A stretch of 64,000 bases of DNA from a virus. The translations under genes and the position numbers were made by a program. Location: positions 60,172-124,171 of the IMG/VR virus record IMGVR_UViG_3300048851_000098. One strand, written 5' to 3'. Under the pieces are notes generated by a model. That model did not search any database and was not told the origin of the DNA. It saw only the letters and a list, made by a program, of their open reading frames with translations. Shown here piece after piece: positions 62,708-64,000 of the stretch (positions are counted from its first letter, which is position 1; the number at the start of each line of letters is the position of its first letter).

Positions 62708-63148
62708 ATGGCTATTACAGTCAAATGGTACGGGAGAGGTCTTCTCGCGTGTCTTAGAAATGATGTGGATCTGGAAGCAGATACACTCAGAATGACGTTG
62801 CATACTGGAACTTATGTTCCTAATCAGGATACTGATGATTTCTTCAACGATGCAACGAATGAGCTTGCTACTGCTAATGGTTACACAGCCGGCGGCGTAA
62901 CCCTCGCCAGCAGTGCGTTGAGCTACGACGCGACAACTGATCAGGTTCGATGGGACTTCGCTGACCCGTCTTGGACCTTTTCAGGAGCAGTCACTTTCAG
63001 AGTGGCAGTTATCCGTAAGGCTCGCGGCGGGGCCTCTTCCGCAGACGAGGTTATTGCGTATCTCCTGTGGGATTCTGATCAGACCATCTCTACGTCTTAC
63101 ACGCTTCAGATCGACGCCAACGGTCTTCTGTACATCGACGCAACGTAA
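62708..63148 (+). CDS. Virion structural (tail-associated) protein
   Basis: DLEADTLRMTLHT..Y.P..D.D.F..D..NE....GYTAGG.TL...DFADPSWT, a widespread actinophage tail-region family. Confidence 0.75.
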   Translation: MAITVKWYGRGLLACLRNDVDLEADTLRMTLHTGTYVPNQDTDDFFNDATNELATANGYTAGGVTLASSALSYDATTDQVRWDFADPSWTFSGAVTFRVAVIRKARGGASSADEVIAYLLWDSDQTISTSYTLQIDANGLLYIDAT

Positions 63149-63153
63149 GTCTT

Positions 63154-64000
63154 ATGGCTGCGCCGACTTTTTCTGTTGGGGCCGGTACAACGGCGATCAG
63201 CGACAGAACGGTATCGCTGGCTGGTCCTGTGGGCCGCAGAGTCGGCGAGCTTCTTCTCGCTTCCTTGTACGTCTACAACACAGAAGCGATTACTACTCCG
63301 TCCGGATGGAATCTGATCAATCAGACAGCCGCTCCGGCGTTTCAGATTATTTCTTACTGGCGAATCGCGACTGGTGATTCGTCGGACACTTTCACTGCTT
63401 CGTGGACTAATTCCGTATATCGGCAGCTTGCAGTTGGATCGTTTGCAGGTGCCGCAAGAGTAAGACCAATCATTGCAGTAGGCGCTGATAACAGCGGCAC
63501 TTCAACTTCTCTCCTCGCTAGAGGATTCAACCTGCCCGTAAAAGATTGTCTTCTGTTTTGGGCAGGTGGCGTTGATACTGTTCGAACTTTTACAGTTCCA
63601 TCTGGTTTTACACGCTATGACGATAACGACGGCGTATATATTGGTCTTGCGGAGCAATCATCGGTAGGTGCAACAGGCGATAAGACCGGTACTGTAAATA
63701 CGTCAGTTGCATGGGTTACGCATATGTTTGCGATTGCTCCTGCATCTATGTATTACGACGCAGTAATGGCTGATTCACCTACTGCGTACTTTCCGCTGAA
63801 TGAAGCATCTGGAACGAGTGCACTCGATGCCATGGGAGGGGCTTCGGGCACTTATACCGGCGGTTACACACTTGCTCAAACTTCGCTAATTGCTGACGAT
63901 AATAGAGCAGTTCTGTTGAATGGTTCTACTGGCTATGTCAGAGCTGCTGATCGAGCCGCTTTTGATATTGGCGATGTATTTACGCTCGAAGCATGGGTTC
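63154..64000 (+). CDS. Minor tail protein with LamG/ConA-like domain (3' truncated)
   Basis: Open frame from ATG 63154 to the window end; YDAVMADSPTAYFPLNEASGT...AVLLNGSTGYV...FTLEAWV is a LamG-like signature. Confidence 0.8.
   Translation, partial: MAAPTFSVGAGTTAISDRTVSLAGPVGRRVGELLLASLYVYNTEAITTPSGWNLINQTAAPAFQIISYWRIATGDSSDTFTASWTNSVYRQLAVGSFAGAARVRPIIAVGADNSGTSTSLLARGFNLPVKDCLLFWAGGVDTVRTFTVPSGFTRYDDNDGVYIGLAEQSSVGATGDKTGTVNTSVAWVTHMFAIAPASMYYDAVMADSPTAYFPLNEASGTSALDAMGGASGTYTGGYTLAQTSLIADDNRAVLLNGSTGYVRAADRAAFDIGDVFTLEAWV

Noticed and set aside
63154-64000. Possible frameshift or missing gene at the right end
   Set aside because: Manual translation shows one continuous open frame from ATG 63154; it is absent from the track only because it has no stop in the window.
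1-64000. Alternative genetic code (stop-codon reassignment)
   Set aside because: Conserved genes (rsr, ku, dcd, GTs, ATPases) are full length under the standard code and no suppressor tRNA is seen.

Overview
The whole window is bacteriophage DNA: there are no host housekeeping genes, rRNA, integrase or CRISPR array. It is probably part of a large tailed phage of a high-GC actinobacterium; the L,D-transpeptidase and Ku suggest Actinomycetota, possibly Thermoleophilia (inference). There are three blocks. (1) 1-13.1 kb, + strand, late genes: portal fused to a Mu gpF/SPP1 gp7-like head domain, a lysis cassette with three peptidoglycan hydrolases and a holin, four glycosyltransferases plus a SAM methyltransferase, dcd, a resolvase-like nuclease and small basic proteins, ending at a bidirectional terminator. 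(2) 13.1-57.3 kb, - strand, early/accessory genes: Ro60/TROVE (rsr), Fic, SPFH, ParB-like, collagen-like, FAD oxidoreductase, two DUF932 proteins, two AAA+ ATPases (one with a vWA-like partner), Ku, a secreted zincin, tRNA-Glu(UUC), a repeat-rich non-coding stretch (49.6-51.2 kb) and an array of 13 small divergent paralogs. (3) 57.4-64 kb, + strand: Xis/BldC-like HTH, L,D-transpeptidase, HD hydrolase, macrodomain, LuxR HTH, then the first tail genes. Most striking: four tandem Y-RNA-like elements directly upstream of Ro60, two carrying circularly permuted tRNA domains; a separate tRNA body with a ~119-nt pseudoknotted insert in its anticodon loop; an AAAGGATCAG start-associated motif at 24 early gene starts; and the 13-member paralog array. 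All family calls come from motif recognition by eye; no database search or folding program was run.
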